A stretch of 28,794 bases of DNA from a virus (IMGVR_UViG_3300046005_001196:1-28794), one strand, 5' to 3'; positions 1 to 9,505 are shown, counted from the first letter of the stretch. Numbers and translations are program-made. Notes: a model not told the origin generated them from the letters alone.

Positions 1-935
1 ATGTACCTACGGATCATTTTGTTTCTCACTTGGACATTGTCATACATTCCAGCTTCTTTTAATGCCCTCACGCGATCCGCGCTTAATGTGAAGGTCGCTT
101 TCGTGGAGCTACCACTATTGGCTTCCCTTCCCGATGACTCATTCATACTTCTAGGTCTTTCACGGACAACTCCTTCACTTGAATCATCATCGCCACTGTA
201 ATGTTCAGGCAATGTTTTTTTCAATCGGTTTGTGAACTCTTCCCAATACTTTTCAGTTCTTGGGTTGAATCCCTCTTTCAATAATACTTTGTCAACAGCG
301 ACTGCAATGGCCGAGTCTTGATCACCGACGTTCGGATCGTACCAAGAATTCTCACGCATCCATTTGCCAGCCATTTCAGCAACAACAGGATCCTGTGTTT
401 GCTGTGGTTGTTTGCTTGCTTCAGTCGCCTGACGTTTAAGGTTAGCTAACTTATCAACGTTGACCCGCGCTGAGTGCAACATCCTTTGCGCCCCGATCAT
501 CGCGTCACCGTCACCGGAGCGCGTGGCTTTGTTGATCTCCATTTCAGCGTACTCAAGGCGCACCATCTCATCTTCTAGTGCTTTATCCACCCGCACTTGG
601 TCTGCTGCGTTGGTGCGCTGTTCAACGGCGGATAACCGAGTTAATAGTTGGGCGTTTTCACGCTTCAATTGCTCATATTTGAAATCCTTTTCAGCCCGTT
701 CCTGAACATGCATCTGTTTCCGGGCTTTGCGCTTCTCACGTCTGATGCGCCTGATTTCTTCGGTGTCGCTGGCCTGATCTACGCCACCATCATCGGGCAC
801 GTGGTTTGATTCACCCTCCTCTCCCTCGTGTTGATCATCTCCAGGCTGCTCAATTTTTGAACTATCGACCTCAACCGTGCCATCACTTTTTTCGACAATC
901 GGCAGTTCGTCGTCTTCTCTATGTCCGGCGGCCAT
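1..935 (-). CDS. Probable capsid scaffolding protein (partial, runs off window start)
   Basis: Not in the ORF track because it has no stop in the window. ATG at 935 overlaps the upstream stop (TGATG). Manual translation is open to base 1: MAAGHREDDELPIVEKSDGTVEVDSS...RRIRREKRKARK...WMRENSWYDP...KMIRRY. Acidic N-terminus, coiled-coil character, position downstream of portal and GroES. Confidence 0.65.
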   Translation of the reverse strand, partial: MAAGHREDDELPIVEKSDGTVEVDSSKIEQPGDDQHEGEEGESNHVPDDGGVDQASDTEEIRRIRREKRKARKQMHVQERAEKDFKYEQLKRENAQLLTRLSAVEQRTNAADQVRVDKALEDEMVRLEYAEMEINKATRSGDGDAMIGAQRMLHSARVNVDKLANLKRQATEASKQPQQTQDPVVAEMAGKWMRENSWYDPNVGDQDSAIAVAVDKVLLKEGFNPRTEKYWEEFTNRLKKTLPEHYSGDDDSSEGVVRERPRSMNESSGREANSGSSTKATFTLSADRVRALKEAGMYDNVQVRNKMIRRY

Positions 936-1516
936 CAGTAAATCGCTTTCATGGCGAGGGGGTCGCCTGTCACAGCCGCAATAACTTCATGGTCGTTTAG
1001 CACAACGAACAATGCACGCTCATCTTTGTCACCGTATGGTACTTCCCATCTGTCACCGCCCCACTTGGGCACGCGGATGTAATCGCCTTCCGCGCACCAT
1101 GCGCCTTCTGGCCACGGCTCCATCGTGTCGCGCTTCTTAAATGCCAGCGGTCCGATCGCGATGACTTTACCCACCATGTTGTTGAATTTTTCGGCATCAG
1201 TGGTTTCCTTCACCAACATGATGCCTGATTCTGTGGTCTTCGCTTCTGTCGCTTTCAATTGAACAAGTATCCTCGCGCCCAATGGCCGCGCACCCGGAGG
1301 GATGACCGGGAATGCCCTATTCAACCTTTCTTGGTAATCTAATACTATTTCTGCGGCAACCACGCCGGGTTGACCTTCATATTCGCTATCCTTAAAGATG
1401 AATCTTCTTCCGAATGCTTGGTCAGCATCGTTTATTTTCCTTGCAGTAGGCTGCATCCTACCCGCCGCCATATCAGCCGCTAAATCCCGCTTTTGTTCAT
1501 CCATTAACTGTGCCAT
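935..1516 (-). CDS. GroES/Cpn10-like co-chaperonin with N-terminal extension
   Basis: Cpn10 signatures RPLGARILVQ, KTTESGIML (mobile loop), GKVIAIGP, GDYIRVPKWGG, VLNDHEVIAAV; RBS GAAAGGA upstream. Confidence 0.85.
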   Translation of the reverse strand: MAQLMDEQKRDLAADMAAGRMQPTARKINDADQAFGRRFIFKDSEYEGQPGVVAAEIVLDYQERLNRAFPVIPPGARPLGARILVQLKATEAKTTESGIMLVKETTDAEKFNNMVGKVIAIGPLAFKKRDTMEPWPEGAWCAEGDYIRVPKWGGDRWEVPYGDKDERALFVVLNDHEVIAAVTGDPLAMKAIY

Positions 1517-1560
1517 ATCATTTTCCTTTCAACGCGCATATCTCAGCGCAAGCAATGCAA

Positions 1561-1743
1561 TTACGCATCATTTTGTTCGTCCATCAACCCGTTTAAAATA
1601 TCCATCACCTTGTGCATCCCTTGAACGTATCCGGCTTTTGCTTTGTACTCCGCGAAATCCTTCGCCGTTCCATTTGCCAAGTACGTTGAAACATCGCTTA
1701 TCTCCGCCTGTACTGCGTCGATAAATTTGTTAACATCTATCAC
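1561..1743 (-). CDS. Small hypothetical head-module protein (60 aa)
   Basis: GTG start overlaps upstream stop; helical protein (LANGTAKDFAEYKAKAGYVQG) lying between portal and GroES. Confidence 0.75.
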   Translation of the reverse strand: MIDVNKFIDAVQAEISDVSTYLANGTAKDFAEYKAKAGYVQGMHKVMDILNGLMDEQNDA

Positions 1744-1889
1744 TTGGATGTCTTGTTCACTGGTGCTGGCTTCTTGTCACCACCTGACAGCGATTTACCA
1801 TCCAATGGAACGCCCATTGCCATGCGCTTATGCTGCGAAACAAGTTCGCTCTTCTGTGCTGCATCACTGCTGCTCTTCTCGTTCATCAT
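1740..1889 (-). CDS. Small hypothetical protein (49 aa)
   Basis: Manual translation MMNEKSSSDAAQKSELVSQHKRMAMGVPLDGKSLSGGDKKPAPVNKTSK; fills the gap exactly, with 4-nt start/stop overlaps at both ends. Confidence 0.7.
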   Translation of the reverse strand: MMNEKSSSDAAQKSELVSQHKRMAMGVPLDGKSLSGGDKKPAPVNKTSK

Positions 1890-4378
1890 GCTTCTCCATT
1901 CATAGATTGTTGTATTCTGTCCTGCAATCCCACAACCGTCTTTTCCTGCTCACCCTTCAGCTTTGCGGCCTCAACAGACAACTCAATCGTTGATATCCGC
2001 TCCTTCGTCAGGTTCTGCTCTGTCGCCATCGCTGCGGTCAGCTCATTCTTCTCTGTTGCTTGTTGGTGTGACAGCTCCAGCTTCTTGCCATCCATCGTTA
2101 TATCAGCCATATCCTTTTCCTTGCGCCTCTGTGTCTCAGCGAGTGATGCCTGCAGAATAGGGTCTTGCTGTGGTTGCGGTGCGTACTGCTGCGCTATCTG
2201 TGTGAGTTGCTGCAATGCAGCGGAGAACTGCTGGAAGCCTTGCTCGATGTCGTTGTTTACAGCATGTGCCGCGCCAGCAATGGCGTGGTCTATCTCCCGT
2301 AACCCTTTTTTCTTGTCGTACTTTGGCTTCAACTCGCCTGTTTCATGTGCTGCGTACTCCTCAACCCTTTGCGTGTACCACAACAGCATGTGCTGTTTGG
2401 CGTGCTCTATGGCCGCTGGCACAAACACTGGAGCCATTATCGGGTTAGAGCCTAATGCCGGGTTCATCGCGAAGGAGAACAGCGTCTCCAAGTGTGCCAA
2501 GTGGTCTTGCTCAGGATACGCAACAACTGCCCGCCCAATGGCCATCGCTGCGTTCTCGTCTGCCGCGTGCATTTCGATGTTCTTGTTGAACTGCGGCATG
2601 ATCTCAGCTACGTTCGGCACGCGCATCTGTTTCATGATCCTGCCATGAACGGCTCTTGGGTCGTACAGGCCGGGGGCTTCCTTCATCAGCTGCAAGATCA
2701 TTTGGTTCTGCGCTACCCGCTGACCTTCAGAGAATATGTGCGGGTCGCTGACCGGGATGATGTCGCTGCTGGACGCGAAGTCCGCTTCCGTTACGCCGAA
2801 CTCCTCCACCATGTCCTGCTGCTTTTGATCAATCAAATAATACTTGTTGATTCGTTGCAGGATCTTGAGCACACGCCTTTGTGAGTCGTGGAGCTTCGCG
2901 TGTATCGAGGAGAACACCACGGAGCCTTGCTCAATCAGAGCTTGCGTCGTGCCCACTGGCGCGTTGCTTGTGATGTCGGCGATCTTTTCTTCAGCGGTTG
3001 TCACCACACCTTTAGCCGCGTTGGTGATCCATCCTAACAATTCGAACAGCACAGGCGAAGGTGGATTGAACGGCATTGGCATTGCGATCTTGCGGATGTC
3101 GTCAACACCTACCGCGCCTTCAATCTCAACGATCTGCGTCACCTCGACACTCTTCGATTGCCCGGATACTTTCGCGCCCTTGAGCTTGAGCATCGTTGCA
3201 GTGTTGTTGATGTGGGCAGTGTCCAACAGAGCACGCAAAGCACCTGTTGCGCTTGCGGCCAAGCCGCCGATCAACTGGGGCAGGCCGATGGCATACGCAC
3301 CACGCCATGGAATGAACTTGAATTCAACCATCCAATCCAGCCGCTCTAACGTTTCGTCGCCGTCTTCCCAATTGCGATACAGGCCAACGATTGAATAGTC
3401 TTGGTCATCGATCATGAGCATGTACGGAGCTTCTTCGCCGCCTGTGATCTGGTCGTCCTCCAATGACAGGTTGCAACTCACGTGGTACATGCGCCTCAGG
3501 CGTTCTGTGTCGTCGGTGCCTTGATACTCCTTGCCCTCTATTTTCTGATTAGCCGACTCCGACAACGTGGCATCAGGTGCGAGTGAGGCCGCGCTATAAC
3601 TGCCGTCCAAGTACAGCCCGCGCTTGATCCTGCTCCGATACTCGAAGTCAGATATGTCCTGCATTTCGGTGGTGCGCTGCGCACAATAGAAATTGGTCGC
3701 GGAGAATGGCAACAGGATCCTGTCGATGGGTACGAACTCCGCGCATGGACGGCGCTTCTTAGCGTCCCACCACATCTTTAGAAACTGGCTGCCGCCCAAT
3801 GGTAGCTGGGTTAGCAACTGCTCGATCTCATCGCGGAACTCGACGATCTGCTCCGTCAACTGCCAGTTCATGAAGTCGCGTTTGCGTTCAGCGATCTCTA
3901 TTTTGTCTTCTGTGTTTTCACCTTTGATGTTTATCCGCACGGGACCATCAGGCGGGAATATCTCTTTCATGCCGCGTGCTGCGAAATCAACACACGCTTC
4001 GGCCATAACAGGGTGCGTTACACGTGCCGCGCCGGCAAATGCAGCACCGCCGGGAGCGTCATCGCCCATGCCAGTACGCCTGAGTCCCTCTTCATACTGC
4101 TCATCACGCTGCTTCCGCGCCTCTTTATCTGATTCGATGTTGTAGATGTATTGCAGGGCGAGGCTGGACAGTTCACTCTTGCTCACAACCGCTGCCAAAT
4201 TCTCGTAGAAGTCGCCGCCCGACTGCTGTTCACCGTCCAGCATGACCATGACGGAACCATCAGGCATTTCGACCAAGCCTTGATCCGTCATATCAACAGC
4301 GAAGTCTTCGGGCTGATATTCTTCAGGAGCGTACTGCTCAATGTCTGGGGTGGCTTGTTGTAAGGGGAAGTTATCCAT
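1886..4378 (-). CDS. Portal (head-tail connector) protein
   Basis: 830 aa with podovirus portal-like segments (ARVTHPVMAEA, RKRDFMNWQL, LPLGGSQFLK, GAYAIGLPQLIG, APVGTTQALIEQG) and a Q-rich coiled-coil C-terminus; head-module context. Confidence 0.9.
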   Translation of the reverse strand: MDNFPLQQATPDIEQYAPEEYQPEDFAVDMTDQGLVEMPDGSVMVMLDGEQQSGGDFYENLAAVVSKSELSSLALQYIYNIESDKEARKQRDEQYEEGLRRTGMGDDAPGGAAFAGAARVTHPVMAEACVDFAARGMKEIFPPDGPVRINIKGENTEDKIEIAERKRDFMNWQLTEQIVEFRDEIEQLLTQLPLGGSQFLKMWWDAKKRRPCAEFVPIDRILLPFSATNFYCAQRTTEMQDISDFEYRSRIKRGLYLDGSYSAASLAPDATLSESANQKIEGKEYQGTDDTERLRRMYHVSCNLSLEDDQITGGEEAPYMLMIDDQDYSIVGLYRNWEDGDETLERLDWMVEFKFIPWRGAYAIGLPQLIGGLAASATGALRALLDTAHINNTATMLKLKGAKVSGQSKSVEVTQIVEIEGAVGVDDIRKIAMPMPFNPPSPVLFELLGWITNAAKGVVTTAEEKIADITSNAPVGTTQALIEQGSVVFSSIHAKLHDSQRRVLKILQRINKYYLIDQKQQDMVEEFGVTEADFASSSDIIPVSDPHIFSEGQRVAQNQMILQLMKEAPGLYDPRAVHGRIMKQMRVPNVAEIMPQFNKNIEMHAADENAAMAIGRAVVAYPEQDHLAHLETLFSFAMNPALGSNPIMAPVFVPAAIEHAKQHMLLWYTQRVEEYAAHETGELKPKYDKKKGLREIDHAIAGAAHAVNNDIEQGFQQFSAALQQLTQIAQQYAPQPQQDPILQASLAETQRRKEKDMADITMDGKKLELSHQQATEKNELTAAMATEQNLTKERISTIELSVEAAKLKGEQEKTVVGLQDRIQQSMNGEA

Positions 4379-4380
4379 GT

Positions 4381-5871
4381 TTAGTTATGCATCGTCATGC
4401 GCTGGACATCTAGTGAAGGCTCAACCCAGCCGCCATTGGCCATCTTTTTTGGTTCTGGCGGGTATAGATGCGGGTTTGCCAGCTTTTGTAGTTCGATGAA
4501 CTCCTCCATGGTGAGTGCTCCCGGTATTTCTCGACCAGCAGCTTTTAACGCTTCGATCTCGGCAATGGTGAATACTTTGTGTGGATCAAATAAGCCGGCA
4601 TTGGCAAGGTCAGCGTATTCATCGAACGCGCCCTTCTTCACATAGTCCTGCATCATCGGAGTCAGTTCGTTGCGATACTCGGGGTTTTTCTCCATCCACT
4701 CTTTGACGCGCTGGCTTTCCCAACTGTTGCCGAATGGCTTCATTTCTGCGAGCCGCCTTACACCCGGCGTGTCCGAATAGTTTACTGCCTGTTGATATGC
4801 ATTCTGAACATGCGGCCTGCCTGTTGAATCAATTAGCACATGCAGCTCGCTGTCGCCGCCATATTTTAGTGCTGCCGCTTCACCCTGCGTACACCAGCCA
4901 CCAGCGCATCCGACCTCCTGCACCTTTCGCAAACCTTCGGGCGTATCTACGCCGGGCAACTTCCTCCAGCTATGGCCGCTAGGGTATTCATGTATCACTG
5001 GCAGTTGCAGGTTGCCAGCGAAGCCAGCGTCTTCCGCCTTCCGCGACAACGCCTCAGCTTCTTGGTTGGCAGTGTGCGTCATCCTGACGGCATCATGGAA
5101 AGCCATTCGACTTAATGACTCAGGACGAAGCGTTCCATCAGCCAGCTTGTTTCGCAGGACGTCTACTACGTGATTAAAGCCAAGCGCTCCTGGCCATTCG
5201 TGAACACCGTAAACCGTTTCGTCCGGAGGCAATTTGGAGAGCCAAGGTTCTTCCCTCAGCGTCCCCGCCGATTGATCTGAGACTTTTGCGCTGGTTATTG
5301 CTTCATCCGAAGCGGATTCCCAACCTCTCGCGGCTTGCGAGATGCCACGCGGCTCAGGGAATCCTGCAATGCTTCTTTTTGCTGCCAATGCGTTTGCATC
5401 AGCAACGCGATTATTGTTAGCGAAATCCTTATGCACGATACCCTGCTCCGCCAACGCTCTGACTCTATCCCCCTCTGTTCCCATTTCGTTCTTGATGTAT
5501 TTGGGGATGGCGGTGTTGATCCATTTACCGAGTGACGATAAAGGGACAGGAACAGCGCGGTCACCCATGAAATCCTCCACAGACTTGTTGAGCCAATTGC
5601 CGCCTTTATGCTTGACGATCCCGGCCATCCCGGCACCACCAAACTGCGCAGCAGCTTCACCCGGATCCATTCTCCCCCATCGTGCAGCTTCTTCCGCCAA
5701 CGTGCTCAATGGGTGTGTGATGCGCTCACCAACACCTTCCATGTAAGTCTGCGGTTGGTTCTGAATGCTAGGACGGCCATCACCCTGCATGCCTGCCTCG
5801 TAGAGAGAACGAGGTGACGCCAGTGCCATCCGCATAGCGTCAAGGCTCATTTCACTGTTGGCAGTGGGCAT
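4381..5871 (-). CDS. Probable virion/ejected protein with PcfJ-like domain
   Basis: GCAGGWCT...LHVLIDSTGRPHVQ resembles the PcfJ-like domain of phage polyvalent proteins; C-terminal KKMANGG motif; immediately upstream of portal. Confidence 0.55.
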   Translation of the reverse strand: MPTANSEMSLDAMRMALASPRSLYEAGMQGDGRPSIQNQPQTYMEGVGERITHPLSTLAEEAARWGRMDPGEAAAQFGGAGMAGIVKHKGGNWLNKSVEDFMGDRAVPVPLSSLGKWINTAIPKYIKNEMGTEGDRVRALAEQGIVHKDFANNNRVADANALAAKRSIAGFPEPRGISQAARGWESASDEAITSAKVSDQSAGTLREEPWLSKLPPDETVYGVHEWPGALGFNHVVDVLRNKLADGTLRPESLSRMAFHDAVRMTHTANQEAEALSRKAEDAGFAGNLQLPVIHEYPSGHSWRKLPGVDTPEGLRKVQEVGCAGGWCTQGEAAALKYGGDSELHVLIDSTGRPHVQNAYQQAVNYSDTPGVRRLAEMKPFGNSWESQRVKEWMEKNPEYRNELTPMMQDYVKKGAFDEYADLANAGLFDPHKVFTIAEIEALKAAGREIPGALTMEEFIELQKLANPHLYPPEPKKMANGGWVEPSLDVQRMTMHN

Positions 5872-5877
5872 GTGGAT

Positions 5878-6123
5878 TTATTTGGTCTTGGACTTTGCGG
5901 GCTTTGCTACAGGAGCTTCGTCTGCTTTTGTATAGAATTGCGCCAGTGCCTCGGGTGATATATACCACTGATCGATGGTGTTGCTCGGATCTACGCCTAT
6001 TTTGCCACCAGCACACGGCACGACGCCGGAACACACTTTGACATCACTCAAGCTCTCGCCGGGGACATAATCACGGAAGTAAGCGATTGTGGTTTTCTGA
6101 TACTGTTCAAAGCCTTCAAGCAT
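5878..6123 (-). CDS. Hypothetical phage protein (81 aa)
   Basis: RBS AGGAG, compact packing between TerS and the 496 aa gene; basic C-terminal tail. Confidence 0.75.
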   Translation of the reverse strand: MLEGFEQYQKTTIAYFRDYVPGESLSDVKVCSGVVPCAGGKIGVDPSNTIDQWYISPEALAQFYTKADEAPVAKPAKSKTK

Positions 6124-6141
6124 GCTGATGTCTCCTGTGGA

Positions 6142-6669
6142 TTAGTCTTGCGAAGTGGTGCGTCTGGTCAGCTCCATGTTCTTGATGATCTCGGCCATTC
6201 GGTCCATGTTGTCGCTGGACTCGCGCACGTCAACAGCGATTGCATCATCCCGACCAGTGCCTGCCAGGACAGTTCTGTCACCGTATTCAACTGGATTGTA
6301 GGCTTTTGCACGCCAGCGATAGTGTGATGCAATTTCCCGTGCGATAGCCACCGAACCCGCGACAGAGGTATCAGCACTGCGCAATTCGTTTACCGCCTCT
6401 TCGTCCCAGTGTCGGGCGGAGATGGCGCGTGCCTCCTTGATTTTTGCCGTGCGCTCAGCGTTGGCCAGCACCCATGCGCACATGTGAGAACAGGAAATAC
6501 CCTGACTGCGGGCGATCGAAGCTTGAGACTCGCCATTCATTATGCGTTCAACAATTTCATCTTCGATGTCTGTTAGCCGTTGGTGGACAGGAGAATCAGG
6601 TTTAGTTGCACTCTTCATATTCGCGCGGGACGTTCGTTTTTTGAATGACAAAGGCGTGATATTTTCCAC
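6142..6669 (-). CDS. terS: Terminase small subunit
   Basis: N-terminal HTH (IVERIMNGESQASIARSQGIS...AWV), helical oligomerisation region and RWRAKAYNPVEYGDR motif like Sf6-type TerS; GAGGAG upstream. Confidence 0.8.
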   Translation of the reverse strand: MENITPLSFKKRTSRANMKSATKPDSPVHQRLTDIEDEIVERIMNGESQASIARSQGISCSHMCAWVLANAERTAKIKEARAISARHWDEEAVNELRSADTSVAGSVAIAREIASHYRWRAKAYNPVEYGDRTVLAGTGRDDAIAVDVRESSDNMDRMAEIIKNMELTRRTTSQD

Positions 6670-6677
6670 ATGAAATA

Positions 6678-6706
6678 ATTCTCCTCGACTATTTGGAATA
6701 AAGCAA
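6678..6706 (-). promoter_or_regulatory. Putative sigma70 promoter for the head operon
   Basis: TTGCTT-17 nt-GAGAAT on the minus strand; same -35 hexamer as the promoters at 9443 and 18781. The -10 overlaps the GAGGAG RBS candidate, so uncertain. Confidence 0.45.
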
Positions 6707-6763
6707 GCTATTTATTGCACCAAGCACCTTTCCCTCAATTCTCCCCCAGCTCATTCCATTTTA

Positions 6764-6884
6764 CGAATGTGGGGGGCTGTGGGGGTGCAAGAAGCACGAC
6801 CCCTATAAATCATATTTCCCCTTAGATTCTGCTTATGGTTTATAGGAGTCCACGATCTTAGGGGGGCACAGCCACCCACATTCG
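6764..6884. repeat. Nested long inverted repeats (candidate origin or packaging site)
   Basis: Outer arms 6764-6781 / 6867-6884 (17 of 18 complementary); inner arms 6798-6814 / 6834-6850 (15 of 17); non-coding, between divergent operons. Confidence 0.85.
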
Positions 6885-6921
6885 GAGGGTGCATTATTGA
6901 GCTTGATGCCAAAAATAAAAT

Positions 6922-6950
6922 TTGCCAAGCAAAACTTTTCCAGGCATAAT
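6922..6950 (+). promoter_or_regulatory. Putative sigma70 promoter for replication genes
   Basis: TTGCCA-17 nt-CATAAT preceded by an A-rich UP-like tract (AAAAATAAAAT). Confidence 0.7.
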
Positions 6951-6980
6951 TTCAAACCTCAGACTTAGGCAGGGGCACCC

Positions 6981-7253
6981 ATGGCATTATCAGAACGAGA
7001 AATTTCCTGGCAGAAAAACAACCAGAGCAAGATCGACTCAGCAGCAAAGTTGCTGGAAAAACTAAATTGGCCGCAAGTCGTTTACTCAACGGCATTCAAC
7101 TGTGACAGAGACAGCATTCCTTTGGTGGCAAAAATACTCGGGTATAAAATCAGGCGATGTTCTTGGACGGAAGACGGAGTCTGGCGCAACAAGGACGGAT
7201 CACTAAAAGCATTTGTACTTTATGAAAGGGAGAAGAAGGATGGCGAGGCTTGA
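6981..7253 (+). CDS. Hypothetical protein (90 aa)
   Basis: First ORF after the promoter, AGGGG RBS, overlaps the Prim-Pol start. Confidence 0.65.
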   Translation: MALSEREISWQKNNQSKIDSAAKLLEKLNWPQVVYSTAFNCDRDSIPLVAKILGYKIRRCSWTEDGVWRNKDGSLKAFVLYEREKKDGEA

Positions 7254-9399
7254 GATTTTATCAGCGGCAAAAAAATACATCGCAATGGGCTGGAAGGTAT
7301 TCCCGTGTCACACAATTTCAGAAGACGGTGAGTGCTCTTGTGGCAGGAAGGCGTGCACAGACGCTGGCAAGCACCCGAGAACAGATACAGGATTGAAAGA
7401 AGCATCATCAGACACCGACCAAATAGAAGCGTGGTTTGGGGCAGGCTCTCCGCCGTCCAATATCGGAGTCGTTACTGGCAAGGTTTCTGGCATCACCGTG
7501 ATCGACATCGACATCGGCCACGGCAAGCTCGGTGCAGAGAGCTGGTCGGCACTCATAGCGGAAAAAGGCGAGCCGAACACATTGATGTCAAAGACTGGAA
7601 GCGGAGGCCTCCATGTGCTATTCAAATACAACTCGGCATTGAGGACAGGCACAAACAGGCTCGGGAAAGGAATCGACATACGCGGAGACGGAGGATACAT
7701 CATCGCTCCTCCATCAAGGCATCGCTCCGGCGGGGTCTACGAATGGATGAACGACACGCAGCTAGACGATCTTCCGGAGCATCTTCTGGCGAAGAAGAAA
7801 GATTTGCGCGGAAGCTACGAGCGACAAAAGAAATACACGGCTGTGCAAATAAAGAAAATGCTAGACCACATTCCGCAGGAAGACAGAGACACCTGGAGGA
7901 ATGTCGGCGTTATACTCGGCAGAGAATTCTCTCGCTCAGAGGACGCCTGGAAGATGTATTGCGACTGGTCTGGCGAGTGGGAAGGAAAGAAGGGCAGAAA
8001 CCACGACGAGATAATGAAGGAGGCATTTTACGTCATCAGTCAAGATCCAACTTCCGGCAGCAATCTTTCCGTCGGCACTCTCGTTTATTTGGCAATAGGA
8101 GGAGGCTGGACGCCAGAGACAGGCGTTGTGCCGATACAGAACTTCGTATTTTTCGCTCCTGGCAACAATTACATATATCGCCCAACCGCCAGCTTTTGGA
8201 TAGGAGCGGCAGTCGATTGTGCCGTTGGCAAGGTCAATAGCGAAGGCCAATTGTTGAAGGCTTCTCAGTGGCTGCAACAACACATGCTCGCCACCAGCAT
8301 GACGAAAACACCAGCACTGGAAGGTGATTACATAAAAGGCTTCGATTGCAGGGAAGGAGACTTGATCGTAGAGACGGGTTCCGCCGTGTTTAACGCATAC
8401 AGGAGGCCTGTGATTGAGCTGGGTGATGCCAACCTAGCTTCCCCATTCCTTGACCACGTCAAACGTGTGTTTGACAAGCCGGGCGATGCTGACCAATTTT
8501 TAGACTATATGGCACACAGAGTGCAGTTCCCTGCACAGAAGCCAAGATTCGCACTATTGATCGCTGGAGATCAAGGTGTCGGCAAAGACACCGCTGTGGA
8601 ATTCTGCGTCCCTGCCATCGGAGCTTGGAATGTAGCCAACACAGAGCCTGCAATATTGGATTCCGCATACAACGAATACGTCACGGCCACGCTTGTGCGC
8701 GTTAGCGAGGCGGCTAATCTGCACGACATGAGCAAGTGGGCTTTCAACGAGCGCATGAAAGTACTCATTGCAGGCTCTCCGGATTACGCAACCGTCAACC
8801 CGAAGTACGGTCACACCTATTCTGTCAAAATGCATTGTGGCGTCATCGTGACAACAAACCACCTGTTGACTGGCATTTACATTCCATCAGACGACCGACG
8901 CTACGACGTCATAGACTGCGCATCAAAGAGCGCAATGGGGCTGACAGACGACACAAAGGTGAAGGAATATTTTACGGTGCTGTGGGAGTGGTTCAACGAT
9001 GGAGGATTCGCACACGTGGCAGCACTGCTACATCGTCGTGACATCAGCAAGTTCTCTCCGAACAACGGCCAGCGAAAGACCTATGCCCACCAGAGCGTGG
9101 TCAGCTCATCATTCACTTCCGACCATGAATTCCTGGATGCGCTACACGAGATGGGGGAACCAGACATGCTGCGCAGTGACGCGATAATGGCAGTGCTTAT
9201 GCGCAATGGATCGGGACACGCAAAGGACTATGGAGGAAGGCTGTCACCCGCCTTGATGCGCCAGAAATACTTCATTCATCGCAATCCATTGCGTGCAGAC
9301 TCACGCTGGAAATACGACGGAAAACTTGCGACAGTATATGTAAAGCAAGGGTCGGACCCGACGAATGAGAAGCTACAGAGCTTAAAAGTCCCATTCTAA
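7240..9399 (+). CDS. Bifunctional primase-polymerase (AEP) / PriCT-2 / SF3-like helicase
   Basis: Start reassigned to ATG 7240 (RBS GGAG). Prim-Pol motifs GWKVFPC, GKHP, NIGVVTG, VIDID, TGSGGLH, GIDIRGDGGYIIAPPSRH; PriCT-2 (RDTWRNVG...DWS); Walker A GDQGVGKD and TTNH...DDRRY of NrS-1-like helicases. Confidence 0.92.
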   Translation: MARLEILSAAKKYIAMGWKVFPCHTISEDGECSCGRKACTDAGKHPRTDTGLKEASSDTDQIEAWFGAGSPPSNIGVVTGKVSGITVIDIDIGHGKLGAESWSALIAEKGEPNTLMSKTGSGGLHVLFKYNSALRTGTNRLGKGIDIRGDGGYIIAPPSRHRSGGVYEWMNDTQLDDLPEHLLAKKKDLRGSYERQKKYTAVQIKKMLDHIPQEDRDTWRNVGVILGREFSRSEDAWKMYCDWSGEWEGKKGRNHDEIMKEAFYVISQDPTSGSNLSVGTLVYLAIGGGWTPETGVVPIQNFVFFAPGNNYIYRPTASFWIGAAVDCAVGKVNSEGQLLKASQWLQQHMLATSMTKTPALEGDYIKGFDCREGDLIVETGSAVFNAYRRPVIELGDANLASPFLDHVKRVFDKPGDADQFLDYMAHRVQFPAQKPRFALLIAGDQGVGKDTAVEFCVPAIGAWNVANTEPAILDSAYNEYVTATLVRVSEAANLHDMSKWAFNERMKVLIAGSPDYATVNPKYGHTYSVKMHCGVIVTTNHLLTGIYIPSDDRRYDVIDCASKSAMGLTDDTKVKEYFTVLWEWFNDGGFAHVAALLHRRDISKFSPNNGQRKTYAHQSVVSSSFTSDHEFLDALHEMGEPDMLRSDAIMAVLMRNGSGHAKDYGGRLSPALMRQKYFIHRNPLRADSRWKYDGKLATVYVKQGSDPTNEKLQSLKVPF

Positions 9400-9442
9400 C
9401 TTATTGAATCAAAACAAAAACACAAAATAGTTGAAATAACGC

Positions 9443-9471
9443 TTGCTTTTATCAAACAACAGGTTCATGAT
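9443..9471 (+). promoter_or_regulatory. Putative early sigma70 promoter
   Basis: TTGCTT-17 nt-CATGAT with A-rich UP region, followed by hairpin CAGCGG/CCGCTG (9481-9498) and a conserved RBS block. Confidence 0.7.
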
Positions 9472-9505
9472 TCTTTTCGTCAGCGGAACTTGCCGCTGCC
9501 CACCA

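Noticed and set aside
1517-1560. GCGC-TGAGATAT-GCGC mini hairpin upstream of the GroES RBS
   Set aside because: Only a 4-5 bp stem; cannot be distinguished from chance without homologues.
1830-4145. Long plus-strand ORFs (272, 184 and 150 aa) opposite the portal
   Set aside because: Antisense shadows of a well-supported gene; no RBS or recognisable motifs.
7332-8240. 302 aa Arg-rich overlapping ORF inside the Prim-Pol gene
   Set aside because: Alternate-frame by-product of codon bias; low-complexity composition and no motifs.
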